Shown here piece after piece: positions 1 through 16,590 of a stretch of DNA of 64,000 nucleotides. Source of the stretch: the human T2T-CHM13v2.0 reference genome, Homo sapiens; assembly GCF_009914755.1 (NCBI RefSeq), contig NC_060927.1; one strand, 5' to 3'. A program made the position numbers and the translations under genes. A model generated the notes under the pieces. The model was not told the origin of the DNA. It did not search any database and worked only from the letters and a program-made list of their open reading frames with translations. The stretch's first letter is position 1. The number at the start of each line of letters is the position of its first letter.

Positions 1-57
1 CCTGGCTTAGTTCTGAATCTTGATTGCTTTGGTGGTTACACAAATCTACACATGCTG

Positions 58-592
58 CAAGGGTCCCCAACTCCCAGGCCGTGGACCAGCACCAAGCCGT
101 GACCTGTTAGGAACCCGGCTGCACATCAGGAGGTGAGCGGCCAGTGAGCAAGCAAAGCTTCATCTGTATTTACACACTGTCCCCACTGCTTGCATTAATG
201 CCTGAGCTCTGCCTCCTGTTAGGTCACCGACAGCATTAAATTCTCATAGGAGCTCAAACCCTATTGTGAACTGCACATGCAAGGGATCTAGGTTCCCTGC
301 TCCTTATGAGAACCTAATGCCTAATTGATGATCTGTCACTGTCTCCCATCACTCCCACATGGGATGGTCTAGTTGCAGGAAAACAAGCCCAGGGCTCCTA
401 CTGACTCTACATTATGGTGAGTTGTATAATTACTTCATTATATATTATAATATAATAATAATAGAAATAAAGTGCACAATACATGTAATGCTTTTGAATC
501 ATCCTGAAACCATCTCCACCCCCACCCCATTCGTGGAAAAACTGTCTTCCACAAAACTGGTCCCTGGTGCCAAAAACGGTTAGGGGTTGCTG
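58..592 (+). mobile_element. MER1A hAT-Charlie non-autonomous DNA transposon
   Basis: Begins caagggtccccaac, ends ccctggtgccaaaaacggttaggggttgctg; ~530 bp body resembles MER1A consensus as recalled. Confidence 0.85.
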
Positions 593-1289
593 CATAAAGT
601 ACTCAACATGGGATACACTGTCGCAATGTGAATTTCTTGATTTTGACATTGCAGTGTATTTATATAAAATGTAACAACTGGGAGAAATTGGATGAGGGAT
701 GGAGGGGGTCTTCTCTGTACCATTTTTGCCACCTTCCATAAATCTATATAATTTTAAAATAAAAAAATTTTTAAGTAAAAGGATAGATTTTTGTCCTTTT
801 CCCCTTCCTGCTCTTGCCTATCCTCTTATCCTCCAGGAACCAGTCAGGTCTAAAGCCATAAGCTGGGGCCAAACAAGGTGTCAGATACCAGACAGAAGGA
901 AGAGGGCTTCTACATGGGAGGATGGCCCAATATAAGATGTCAAAGACCAAGCAGGGTGAGGTGGTTCTCCATATAGAGGGGCAGCTCAGCATGAGGTGCT
1001 GGAGCCCAAGCAGCATAAGGAAGAGTCTAGATTGTGGGAAAAGGGCAGCCTGGACCACCATGTCAAAAGCTAAGTGGGGTGAAGAAAGTATCAAAGAGTG
1101 GATGTAGACCAGTGCAATGTATCTAAGTAAGAGTGCCATAAGGAGGGGGTCTGCTTGGTGCTAAGGTCTAGTTCAAGTTGTCAAAGCACATGTAGGAGGA
1201 GAAAGGTATCCACGCAGGGCAGGGGTAGCAAGTACTCCTGTGAGGCTTACAAGCCTAGGAGCATCTGCATTAGGGGTTAGGATAATAAG

Positions 1290-2170
1290 AAAATAAGTAA
1301 ATATGCTGAGATAACAAGCCAGGTTTCTCACCGTCTAATGTACTCTGCTGGACTTGTAATGGGAGGTAGCAGTAGGAACTCATGGTTTTCAATATTGATA
1401 GATATGGAAATTATAGAAAGGAATATGTGCACTATATGTAAATGTACATCATTATATACATACATACATTCTCTAGCTCTGTCCATTGAGAGGCCTAGGA
1501 GCAGCTATATCCCAACTGCAAGGAGCAGCATGTTCAGCACCCAGACCTTGGCTTCTAAATACCATTCTCCACTAAAATGAACTAGGGGGTCCTTGGAGAA
1601 ATGGCTGACTCCAGAACTAAAGCAGAAAAAGGACAAGATAAGCCTAGAACATAATGTGCCAAAAAGCAAAGAAGTACTCAACGACTGACGAGATATGTCC
1701 AAGAACATAAAACCTGCTTGAAAAGGCTTCTGTTAGCCAAATCTTAAACAAACTGAGTATTAAAATAATCACAGTAATAGATTTTAACCCAGCAAATTTT
1801 TAAAAACCCTAATTCCATATTGATAAATAAAGTGTGATAAGGAATAACTTTATAGCAGCAAAGCCTGGAAGGTATCAATTGATCAAAGTGAACCATCATC
1901 TGAATGACGGCAAATAAAACTCAGGTGCTGCCTGTCAGAATGCAATGGCGAGAAAACACAGCATTATTTGTACAATATTCCTGCCAAAGATGCTTAACTT
2001 AAATATCCTAAGGAGGAAAAAAAATCAGGTAAGGCCTGAGGGACATTCTACTAAATAAATGTAAAATATAAATTCCAAAAGTGATGAATTAACCCAGACT
2101 AACAAAAACTGAAGAACATGACAATTAAATGCAACATGTAATTTTGAACTGAGTCTTCTGGCTAACAAAC
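1290..2170 (+). mobile_element. Old L1 (L1MC/L1MD-type) 3' region fragment
   Basis: Motifs ttggcttctaaataccattctccactaaaa and ccttggagaaatggctgactccag typical of L1MC/MD 3' ends; boundaries approximate. Confidence 0.55.
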
Positions 2171-2209
2171 TTTAACTGCTGGACTTTAGCAGCTCTCTCC
2201 CAGTAACTA

Positions 2210-2550
<341 letters not shown>

Positions 2551-3350
2551 AGTGAATACAACTAAACAACTTGACCTAACTGACATTTATAAAATAATCC
2601 AACCAACAATAGCCAGAATACACATTCTTTTCAAGTACACATAGAACACTCACCAAATAGATCATATGCCAAGCACTGAAACAAGTCTCAATAAATTTAA
2701 AAGGGCAGAAATCATACAGCATATATTTTCTAACCACACTTACTAGATATTAATGATGAAAAGATATCTGGAAAACTTCAAAATATTCAGAAATTAAGCA
2801 AAACACTTCTAATTAACTCATGAATCAAAAAGAAATAAAGGAAGTTAGAAGTATCTTTAATTGAATTAAAATGAAAAAATATATCAAAAGCTATGCTGAG
2901 AAAAAAGTTTGGAGCTTCACATGTTTAGGTCAAAAATGAATATCTAAAATCAGTCACCAAACTTTCTACTTTAAAAAGCTAAGATAAGAAGAGCAAATGA
3001 AAACCAAAGTAGTAGAAAGAAATAATAAAAAGTAAAAATGAACAAAAGTTAAAGTGAATAGTGAAAATCGATAAAACCGAAACTTCACTATTTGAACAGA
3101 CAATGAAAACAAGTAAATCTCTACCCAGTCTAATTAAGAAAAAGAAAAATTATTATACCAATATCAGGAATGAGAAAAAAGAAATCACCATTGATCCTTA
3201 AAACAACAAAAGAAAATATTAATAGAACTTTGGTCAATTAAACAATTAAGAAAACACAATTTACCAAAACTTATTCAAGAAAAAATGTTTAGTATGAATA
3301 GCCTACTTATGTTTTTTTAAATAAAATTTGTAATTTAAAACCTTCCCACA

Positions 3351-3615
3351 GGCTGAGGTGGGAGGCCACTTGAGCCCAGGAGTTCAAGACAAGTCTGGAC
3401 AACATAGTGAGACCCTGTCTCTACAAAAAAAATTTTTTCTAATTAGCCTGATGTGATGACATGTGTGTATAGTCCCAACTACTTGGGAAGCTGAGGTGGG
3501 AGGATCATTTAAGCCTAAGAGGTTGAGATTACAGTGAGCTGTGACTGTGACCCTGCACTCTGCACTCCAGCCTGGGCAACAGAGCAAGACCTTGTCTCCA
3601 AAGAACAACAAAAAA
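3351..3615 (+). mobile_element. 5'-truncated Alu (AluJ-like)
   Basis: Alu body flanked by ccttcccaca repeats. Confidence 0.85.
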
Positions 3616-4027
3616 CCCTTCCCACAAAGAAAACTCAACTCTAGATTAGCTTTACTGGTAAAGCCTATCAAATATGTATGATAAAAATATCAATCTTACA
3701 CAAACTCTTTCAGAAAACAGAGAAGGAAACACTTCCTAACCCATTTACAATGAGGCCAATATACCTAAAAACGACATAGCTATTCCAAAAAAAAAAAAAA
3801 GAAAACCATGGACTAATATCTCTCATAAACATACAAATGTTTAAATTAGCAAACTGAATTCAACAAGAAAAAAGGACGATACATCATGACCAAGTGTGAT
3901 TTATCCCAGGAACGCAAGAGCTGTTTAATATTTGAAAATCAGCATAATTCACCATATTAAGAGAATAATGACAGGATATTCATATGATCATTTCAATCGA
4001 TGCAGAAGAAGTACTTGATGAAGTTAA

Positions 4028-4298
<271 letters not shown>

Positions 4299-4388
4299 CC
4301 ACTCACGTTTTTTAAACAAAGTCTCAGCAAACTAGGAAGAACACTTCAACCTAATAAAAGTAATCTATGAAAAACCTACACCTAATTC

Positions 4389-4684
4389 TTTTTTTTGAAA
4401 CAGTCTCACTCTGTCACCCAGGCTGGAGTACAATGGTGTGATCTTGGCTCACTGCAACCTCTGCCTCCTGGACTCAGGTGATCCTCCCAATTCAGCCTCC
4501 CAAGCAGCTGAGACTACAGGTGCACACCACCATGCCCAGATAATTTTTTTTTTTTTTTTTTGGCAGAGATGGGGTTTCCCCATGTTGTGCAGGCTGGTCT
4601 TGAAGTTCTTAACTTAAGCAATCCCTTGCCTGCCTCGGCCCCCTAAAGTGCTGAGATTACAGGCATTAGCCACTGCACCCGGCC
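4389..4684 (-). mobile_element. Alu (AluJ-like)
   Basis: Antisense Alu dimer. Confidence 0.9.
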
Positions 4685-6802
4685 CCTAACATAATTCTTA
4701 ATGATGAAAGAGTAAATGCAGTCCCCTTAAGATCTGGAACAAAGCAAACATGTCTACTTGCATCGCTTCTATTCATCATTGTTTTGTAGGCCCCAGACAG
4801 TGCAATAAGAAAAAGAAATAAAAGAGATACAGATTGGAAAGTAAGTAAAACATATGGACAATACAATAGTGAAGAAACCTAAGGAATCTACAACATAACT
4901 ACTATAACTAATCAGTAAAGATAACAAAGTCACAGAATACATAGTCAATATAAAAAGAATCAACTGCATTTCTATATTCTAGAAAGTAACAATTAGAATT
5001 TGACATTTTAAAACATACCATTTATGATAGCATCCAACCAAAACCATGAAATACTTAAGGATAAAATTAACAAAATGTGCCCAATAACTTTACACTGAAA
5101 ACTACAGAACAATGCTGAAATAAAGAAAACCTAAATAAAAGTAAAGGTGTACTACATTCATGGACTGGGAGCCATTATTGTTTAGATGTTGGTTTGTCAA
5201 TCAAGTCAATATACAGAATCAATGCAATCTCAATCAGAATCAGTTGACTTTTCTATAAAAAAAAAAAAAAAAAAACCTAAAAGGTGGATTCCATACTTTA
5301 TATGAAAATGCAAAGGACCTAACATAGTCACTACAGTATTACAAAAGAACAACAAAATTGGAGGACATACACAATTTGATTTCAAGATTTACTATAAAAG
5401 ATACAGCAATCAAAACAGTGTGACACTGATTTAAAGACAGACACTAGGTCCATCAATGAAAACCCACAAGAAATAAGACTTACACAAACACGTACCAAGA
5501 GAAATGAAAAAAGACTTGTACAACAATTTTCCTAACCACTTTATTCATAGTAATTGAAAGCAAGAGACAACACAAGTAACCACAAAAAGGAGGATGAATA
5601 AACAAATTTTGATATTAATTAAAATGACTAAACATTAATCAATAGGGAAAAAGAATGAACTGTTGATACATTCAACCAACATGGATGAATCCCAAAACAT
5701 GTTGTGCAAAAGCAGCCAGACACAAGAGTTACATGTAACTCCATTTACATGAGGTTCTCATCAAGGACAATGACAATCTATGAAGAAAAAATATCAGAAC
5801 AACTGTTGTGGAGGAATTGACTGGGAAGAATTACAAAAAAACTTCCCAGGATTACTAAAACATTTGGTATCTTGATGGATTATGGATTATACAAGTTTAT
5901 GCAGTTGTCAAAACTCTGAACTACAAACTCAGAATCTGAACATTTCACTTTAAACTTTTCCTCAATTAAAAACAGAATGTATATTTTCACTCAAAAAAAA
6001 TCTGATTGCCTACTATAACCCAGGTATTGAGAACACAAAATTTAAAGGCAGGATACAGAAAAAAATACCTTAAAATATAATGACAAGACAGTCTTGCAAG
6101 CAAAGAAATGCAAAGTTATTATAGTTACCATAATGAAAAATCACAAGAAAGAGACATCTTTTAAGGTGAAACATGAGTAACAGTAAATTGCCAAATAAAT
6201 AATATTATAGGCATATACGACATGAACAAAAGTAACAGAAAAAAACCATAGTGGACCTAGGCAACTAAATTAATTTGATATGCTTAAAGCATAAAATGGT
6301 GGGGAAAGGGGCTGAACTACAGTTAAAAAAAAAAGTTGGATAAGGGACGGGATTATGACGGCTATTTCCGCCCATGCAAAAAAGTACATTTTAGCTGTTT
6401 AGTAATGAGGAACCACTGGGGAAGTTTCAGTAAGGGAATGACATGTATACATCTCGTTTGGAAAGATCACTGTAGAAACTATCTGAAAGATACACTGGAG
6501 AAGGCGCAGGCTACTGTCAGTCCAATAAAAATGTCAGTCTATTGCAATCTATAGACTACCTCATCCAACAAAAACAGAATGCACATTCTTTTCAAGCTCG
6601 CACGTAACATTTCACCAAGGTGGACAACATTCTGGGCCATAAAATACAATCTAACAAACTTAAGAGAATAGCAATCATATGGCGTCTGCTCTAAGACCAC
6701 AACAGAATTAAACTACAACTAATAACAGAATGGTAGCTAGAAAATATCTCAAAATACTTGGATATTAAACAACACACTTCTAAACAATAATGGTTCAAAG
6801 AA

Positions 6803-7105
<303 letters not shown>

Positions 7106-7577
7106 CAAAGAAGAAATCTTAACAGAAATTTTAAAATATATTGAACTAAATGAAAATAAAAATACAACTATCAAAATCTATGCAATGTAGCTAATGCAGT
7201 GCTTAGAGGAAAATTTATAGTATGAATGCATATATTAGAAACAAAAAATCTAAAATGAATACGCTTCCACTTTAGGAAAGTAGAAAAAGAAGAGCAAATT
7301 AAATCCGAAACAAGCAGAAAAAAATTATAAAAATTAGAGCAGAAATAGATGAAACTGAAAATAGGAAATAGAGGGAAAAAAATCAAGAAAATCAAAAGCT
7401 GTTTCTTTGAAAATATCAATAAAATAAGCAAGCCTCTACCACTGGGCAGGGGGAAATGCAGAGTTGTTCGAACATGAGTTTCAGTTTCAGTTTTGCAAGA
7501 TGAAAAAGTTCTAGAGATCTGTTGTACAACAATGTCAATATAGTTTGCACTACTAAAATGGACACTTAAAAATTGTT

Positions 7578-8390
7578 GCTCTCTCCTCTGCTCGCATTTT
7601 CACTCTGCCATGCCCTGCTCTGAAGAGACACCCACCGTTACCCACAGCAAACAGGCTGGTTTGCAGAGGAAGGCAGCATGCAGCTCCGTTTTGCCCCATT
7701 CTCTGAGCAGGCCACAACCCTGACTCAGGGATCCACACAGGCCACAGGCTATGACCTCAACGGTGCCTATGATGATACAATACCACCTATGGAGAAAGCT
7801 CTAGGGAAAATGGACATTCAGATAGCTCTTCCTTCTGGATGTTACAGAAGAGTAGCTCCATGGTTTGGATTAGCTGCAAAACACTTTATTGATAGATGAA
7901 GATTACTGAGGAAATGTTGGTGCTGTACTGTTTAATTTTGGCAAAAAAAAGTTTAAAGTCAGAAAAAGTGATCGTATTGCACAGCTCATTTGTGAATGAA
8001 TTTTTAATCCAGAAATAGAAGTTCAAGCTTTGGATGATGCTGAAAGGCATTCAGAAGAGTTAGGTTCTATTAGAAAGTATTAAAATTTATGCTAAGAATA
8101 GAAAATGAGAACTCATACCTTTTTCTTAAAAGAGTTTTTGCTTAAAGCATTTTGGTAAAACTTCTGTAATCTTAATAGCTTTACCTTCTAAAAGTACTGC
8201 ATTTTCTTATGATCAAAGAAAAGAGTACCTCTGTTCAGATCACACAGAAATTTTTTCTGCTGACAGTTGTATGTAAATCTGCTTTGTCCTGATATAAGAC
8301 AGTGTCTTTTTAAAATCAAATGTACATCAATTACAGACCCCAAAAAACCCTATATAATTTAACTTAGTAAATGATACACCAAAAAAAAGG
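7578..8390 (+). pseudogene. DUTP1: Processed pseudogene of DUT (dUTPase, nuclear isoform); CDS remnant 7610-8083
   Basis: Intronless; reads MPCSEETP... then MQLRFA..SE.AT..T.GS..A.GYDL..AYD.TIPPMEKA..K.DIQIALPSGCY.RVAP..GLAAKHFID, matching human DUT. Frameshift, deletion of the VGAGV segment, premature stops. A-run at 8381-8388; aattgtt on both flanks. Symbol recalled from locus position. Confidence 0.93.
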
Positions 8391-10010
8391 GAATTGTTAA
8401 GACAGTAATTTTTTTAAATTACTGTCTTAAGACAAGAAAAAAAGAAAAAAAGAGAAAACACAAATTACTAATATCAGAAATCAAAGAGAGGACATCACTA
8501 TAAACCCCTGGACATTAAAAGGATAATAAAACAATACTATGAACTTTGTTCCCACAAATTTGACAACTTTATCAAAATAGACCAATTCCTTGGAAGACAC
8601 AATCTGTCAAAACTCACACAAGAAGAATCAGATAATCTGAAGAGACCTATATTTATAGGAGAAATCAAATCAACAATAACTTTCCAAAACAGAAAGCACC
8701 AGACCCAAAGCAGTTCACTGGTGAATTCTACCAAACATTTAAGGAAGAAATTACATCAGTTCTCTACAATCTCTTCCAGAAGATATAAGCAGAGGGAATA
8801 CTTGCTAATTTATTCTATGAGACCAGCATTACCCTAATACCAAAAACAGACAAAGACATCAAGAAAACTATAGACTAATATTTCTCGTGAACACAAATGT
8901 AAAAATCCTCAAAATATGATCAAATCAAATCCAACCACATCTAAAAAGAACTATATACCACAAACAAGCAGGATTTATTCCAGGTATGAAAGTTGCTTCC
9001 ATATTCAAAAATCAACTAATGTAATCCATTACATCATCAGGCTAAAGAGGAAAAAGTTACTGCAATGGGCTAGGTAAAGCTGGTGAATGTATGTATCAGA
9101 GCACAACTACAAGTAGTTATCCGCTCATTCACACCATGTGCCAACACCTGGACTACAGTGAAAAGTAAGACAAAACTCCTGTCCTTATGGAGTCTACAAT
9201 CCATCAGAGAAGCATCGTACAAGTAAATCACAAGTCCCTATCACAGGGACTCAACCTAGAGTCAAGAGAAGTGACAGGCTGATGATGATGGAGCACTATC
9301 TAGAGGTTATAAAACAGGTATGAAGTATGACTGAGGGTAATATCTCAAGCAGGATATATTAAAGTCCTAAAGCAAAAGAAAAAGTACATGTTAGATGAAC
9401 TGAAAGGAACCCAGGTTTGATATCATAGAAAGAAGAGACAAGAATTTACATGATGGTTGTGGTTTCACTGATTATTGGGTAAAAATAAAGGTAGAAGAAG
9501 GAAAAACATATGGGTGCTTATGAAACATCTTAAATGACGTCTGAGGTAGATAGGAAAGAGTAAAGGGCTGATATACTTTAAAAAGATAAACAGATCAAGC
9601 AAGCGGAGGATACAAAGAGAACAGAGAATAGGAGCATATTAGAAAAATTTAAGAAGGCAAGAATTACAGAATTTGTAGGAAAAACCCTTGAATGTGTGAT
9701 ATTTTTCTAGTTACGTTGAAGATTCAAATGTTTTACTCTTTAAGGAGAAACCTAGAAGTTAGATAAAATATCTTTTAAAATTAAGCATTTAAAATTTAAT
9801 ACCAAAATAATCCTGAGAAATATTGTTATCCTGAAAGAAATAAGCTTCTAAAATAATATAATACAAGAACTTAATTTTGCCTTTCAAATATGATTTATGT
9901 CAATATTTTAGTATATCTATTCAAGAACACTATTTAGCCCTGAAACATTTTCTGAAATTTCTTCGATGACTTGCAGTATTACGTAACAAAAAATTATGTT
10001 TCTAAGTTTA

Positions 10011-10418
<408 letters not shown>

Positions 10419-11502
10419 TTAGTTTTATATGACTACTTCATTTTAAATTTTCAAATTAAGAATTTGAACATTCAAATACAAAGATTTTATTGATGTACTT
10501 TGGAACTGCCTCCAATTTTAAAATTATAATACCAATATCGGTTTCCAAAGGCTGGTAGAATAAAACACAAATTTTCATTTTCATATAAAGGCATCAAATC
10601 CTAACTACTTTATTATTGAAAAATAAGCCTGACATAAAAACAAATTAGGGAAAAGTATTTGTAACATCAGTCAAGGGATCCATATTCTTTAATATATTAA
10701 TAATATATTGAAATGTGTTAAAAATAGAGATGAATTCAGTAAGGAATAAACTGACAGAACATCATCAAGCAAATCATTTTTAAAAATTTAGAAATAGTCA
10801 TTAAGCATATAAAAAAGAGTCTCAGCAGTAATCCAAGAAATTACCATTAAACAGCACTATCATATTTCATCTACCAAACTGATAATGACTCTTAAAAAAT
10901 ACATCCAATGTTGAAGTATTAAAAAAAGACACTCATCTACTGATAATAAAAGTATGTATTAGATCAACTATTTTCAAAAGCCATTTGGTATCAAATGCTA
11001 TGAAACGTATCAAAAGCTATAAAAATGTACATATTCTTTGAACAAGGAATTCTACATTTTGGAATTTATCTTGATGAAATAAAAAATGTAAACAAAGGTA
11101 GACACAGAAAATCACTACAGTAGTCAATACCATAACGAAAATGTTAAGTATATTTCAGTTTAGTCACTTCTTTCCCAAATTAATCACCTAAGTAATGACC
11201 AACTTTGATCATAGTTTTCAGCAGTCAAATACCTAAGTTAAATTCCAACACACTACTGAAATCAAAATACTCTTTCCTTTACTAAGGTTATCATTAACAG
11301 AGAAAACTTTACTGAAATGAACAGCTCAAAAAAACCTTATAAACAGCAAAATACACAAATGTGTAATTCATAACTTGCTAATCTTTCTTCCCTGGTACCA
11401 GGTATTATCAACCTAGAATATATACAGTATATCTGTACAAAACATCTGATTTCACTTTTCAAAATCTTTAGGTAGTAAAGTTAAAATCTAAAGGTCAAAG
11501 AT

Positions 11503-11806
<304 letters not shown>

Positions 11807-12153
11807 TAAAGGTCAAAGATGTTACATACATCACCAAATAGCTGCTCTCTTCAAAAATTTCATTTATCACATTTCTTAGAAAACAAACTAAAACTAAATG
11901 AAACAAGTCTCTTAATGCTAAAATTTCATTATTCTGTCCATTTATTTGGAAATCCTTAAGAATCAATTGGTGAAAAGTATTTGTAACATCAGTCAAAAAC
12001 TCCATATCCTTAATATATTAAAATACCTTAAAAATTAGAAGAGATCAATAAACTGACAGGAACACTATCAGACAAATCACTAAAGAAAACTTAGAAACAA
12101 CCATTAAATATATAAAATAACTATATTTTTATGTTTTAAATATATAAAACATT

Positions 12154-13590
<1,437 letters not shown>

Positions 13591-14370
13591 TTTAAATTAA
13601 TCTTATGCCTAGCATCAAGCCAAAACAATAAATATTGAGGAAGTAGTAGTACTCTGGGGACAGATAATATTTTGGAAAAAAGGCATAAAGTACTAGAGTG
13701 AGAGACTTGGAACAGGAAGAGAGCACACCTTGATACAGAAGTAGTAAAGTGAAGACAAAGTGGAAATACTCCAAATGAAAAACAAATGACCTCTTCAAAA
13801 ATATTCCTGAAAACCAACCACATGCAAAGAAAAAGAAATCTCACTTCCTTTTTACTAAGTTCCTTATTCCTATGGCCCCAAATTAAGGCATATATTTGGA
13901 GTTAAACTGTCTGGCCTAGAAACTGTTTTTGAAATACCCTGAAATTTCCCCAAAATACCAGCAAGTACTAAGATACCAAAACAGACTCCAATATCAATGG
14001 ACACAAGGTTTTAAATAAGACAAAGTTTTAAAATGAGCTTTGGAAATATCTATCAAAATGAAAACTGTATGTACTCTTGATCCAGCAATCTCACTGCTAG
14101 GGATATACAGTATACAACCTTATGGGTTTATTCATAGACATTCACCAAAGAAGTAAGTATAAGGATGTTTGCTACAACCCTTCAATGGGAAAAGACTGGA
14201 AACAAATTTAAGCATCCATAGACAGGTGACTTGTTACATTAATTATGACTCAACCATACAATGGAACACATGCAGCCATTAAAAGGAATGACGTTAGCAT
14301 TATGTGCTGATTCTCCAAGATATATTAAGTGAAAAAAAATCAAGGAGAACTATGTAGATAGTAAGATCTT

Positions 14371-14371
14371 T

Positions 14372-14413
<42 letters not shown>

Positions 14414-14461
14414 AATACATATACACACACACACATATATATATATATATTTTTTTTTTTT
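14371..14461. repeat. Compound microsatellite (TA)n(GA)n..(CA)n(TA)n(T)n
   Basis: Directly visible. Confidence 0.95.
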
Positions 14462-16379
14462 CTGGTAAGAAACTTACCTGGAATTTGGAAAATGAAATAA
14501 GAAAGGATCTTCATGAAGAAGACTAATTTTGACTTTTTATTATTCCTTTTTCATGTACCAACATCTTTTCTTTCTTTAATGTTACGGCAAGCTAACAGGG
14601 TATGAGTAACAGAATTGACTCTAGGTCTTGTTTTTCTTCTTTATTTTAAAACAAAGACTTAGTGTTATTTTAAAATATGTTTCAAAGACAAAGTGAGTCA
14701 TACCTCTATCATATACCTCAACCTGTCTCTGGCCAGGAAATTTTACCAGGCCCATGGAAAAAGGGAATAGGACAAAGCTACACTTAATAATGAAAGATAA
14801 AAGTACAAAAAAAAATACATTTTTATTGTCCTTGCACCTCCCTTCTATGCCATTATGGTTTTAACCTTTCCCACTTAAACTCTTAAGTGGTCTCAGTCAA
14901 AGCTCTCATGTGCCTCACTGCATATTCAAAAATCCAAATACAACAAAAGGTCCCATGCTCAAAAGCTAACACATGCCATATCCCTCCTCTAATTTCATTA
15001 TTTTTAGGGAGGATCAGCCAAGTGTAAAGAAAGAAAACTGAGGTAATCAAGCCACACTAATATGTAAATAATTAACTGTCTCTTCCTGTTAACTCCTCAA
15101 AAAGCCAACTGCTTTCTAATCCAAATGTGTGTATAATTAATGGAAAGTCAGGGGCTAGGGATACTACACAGAAGAGAGGAGGAAAGAAAGAATGCTTCCT
15201 TTAAATCTTATTACTCACATGGAAGACTGATTTGGAAGGGAAAAAAAAACTAAACAATTAATTTCAGCTTCAAGGAACCTCTATCCAACTGGAAAGAAAA
15301 GAAAATACGTGGAGTAATAAGCCACTCTGAGCTCCCTGTGAAGACCCTTTATCTTGTAGAGACCTTAGGCAGCTGACACCACAGAGTACAAAATGGCAGC
15401 GCTGTTAAGAACCAAGACAGACTGGAAAATGATGTCCAAGGGCTAATTCAGCTAAGAGTGAGAGGCAATCCTTCCTCTGCACTGCAAGTTACCCAGAGCA
15501 GAGAATGATGAAAACTACAACGGAGCAGGAAAGAGAAAGGAAGGAGACCAACTCAGGCCAATTTCTCCTAAATCTCCCTTTCGCAGATTACTTCAAATTC
15601 TGCATTCTTCCCCCGCTTCCATGATTTATTCTTCCCTCATCACCATCCCTCTGCGAGAGAAACTGTCTACAGGGGTATCTAGGGGGCCACAACACAACTT
15701 CCAGTTCCATTAAATTTCCCCTCCCTGCTCCCACTCCCAACCCCCCCACACACCTAACATCCTTCCTATTGACACGTGTTTAGTTCAGCTGTGTAAAAGC
15801 CTAACTGCAGTGGCTTAGGTAACCCTCTAGTCATTTAAGCCTAGTGGCAGAGGGCTACTTAAAAAGAACGTAAATTATCTGCCATTACCTTTCTCCTGTC
15901 TACCAGAAGAAATAGCTGACTCTTCTTGTGGTCACCTTCTAATTTAATGTTTCTAATCAATTATGTGTAAGTAATTAAAAACTAAGCTTTATAGATTTAT
16001 ATTAAGTTGAAACAGAGTAAACAGTTTTCGGTCGGGGCTTTTAATAAGGAATTAAATACATAGGCTTTTAATACAAATGTTTTTGACAATTATGTCCAAA
16101 ACTCGGGGAACTGTCTGGGCTCATCTTCAGAGGACAAAGTTAACAGAAGCATTACAAATGGACAAGTTGGGCACTACTACTCATTTTTAATCAAATATAC
16201 AAGGCTCTTAAAAATGCTTGCTTGTTCTACAAGGGTCAATTAAAAACTGGGAAAAAAATGCTTGCTGAGGTTTTTTGTAATGGGAGTTTTATACAATTAA
16301 TGAGGTCTTTCCAAATTAATATGTTTATGTCTGTATTCTAAAATTCAGAAATTATGAAAACCTGGAGAGGAAAGACAAC

Positions 16380-16590
16380 TAATGTGTGCTGAGATGTAAG
16401 ACACTGTGCTGGGCACCTTTAAATATATTACCTTACTTAATATTTACAATAACCCTCAAGACAGTAACAGCATATCCCCATTTAACAGACAAATTGGGGC
16501 TTACCCAAGGATACATAGCTCAGAAGTAAACTGGGATTTCAAACCAGACTTACCTGACTCAATGCACTTTTTACCTTATCACACTATTTC
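16380..16590 (-). mobile_element. MIR SINE
   Basis: cactgtgctgggcacctt...atccccatttaacagac...ttacccaaggatacatagct MIR-core-like. Confidence 0.6.

Noticed and set aside
790-840. Strong + strand polypyrimidine tract and acceptor (tcctcttatcctccag)
   Set aside because: Antisense to ZNF148, next to L1-derived sequence, no convincing coding exon follows
7678-7899. 73-aa dUTPase-like ORF as a functional or viral dUTPase gene
   Set aside because: Carries human DUT UTRs, a frameshift, a motif-3 deletion and stops, so it is a processed pseudogene
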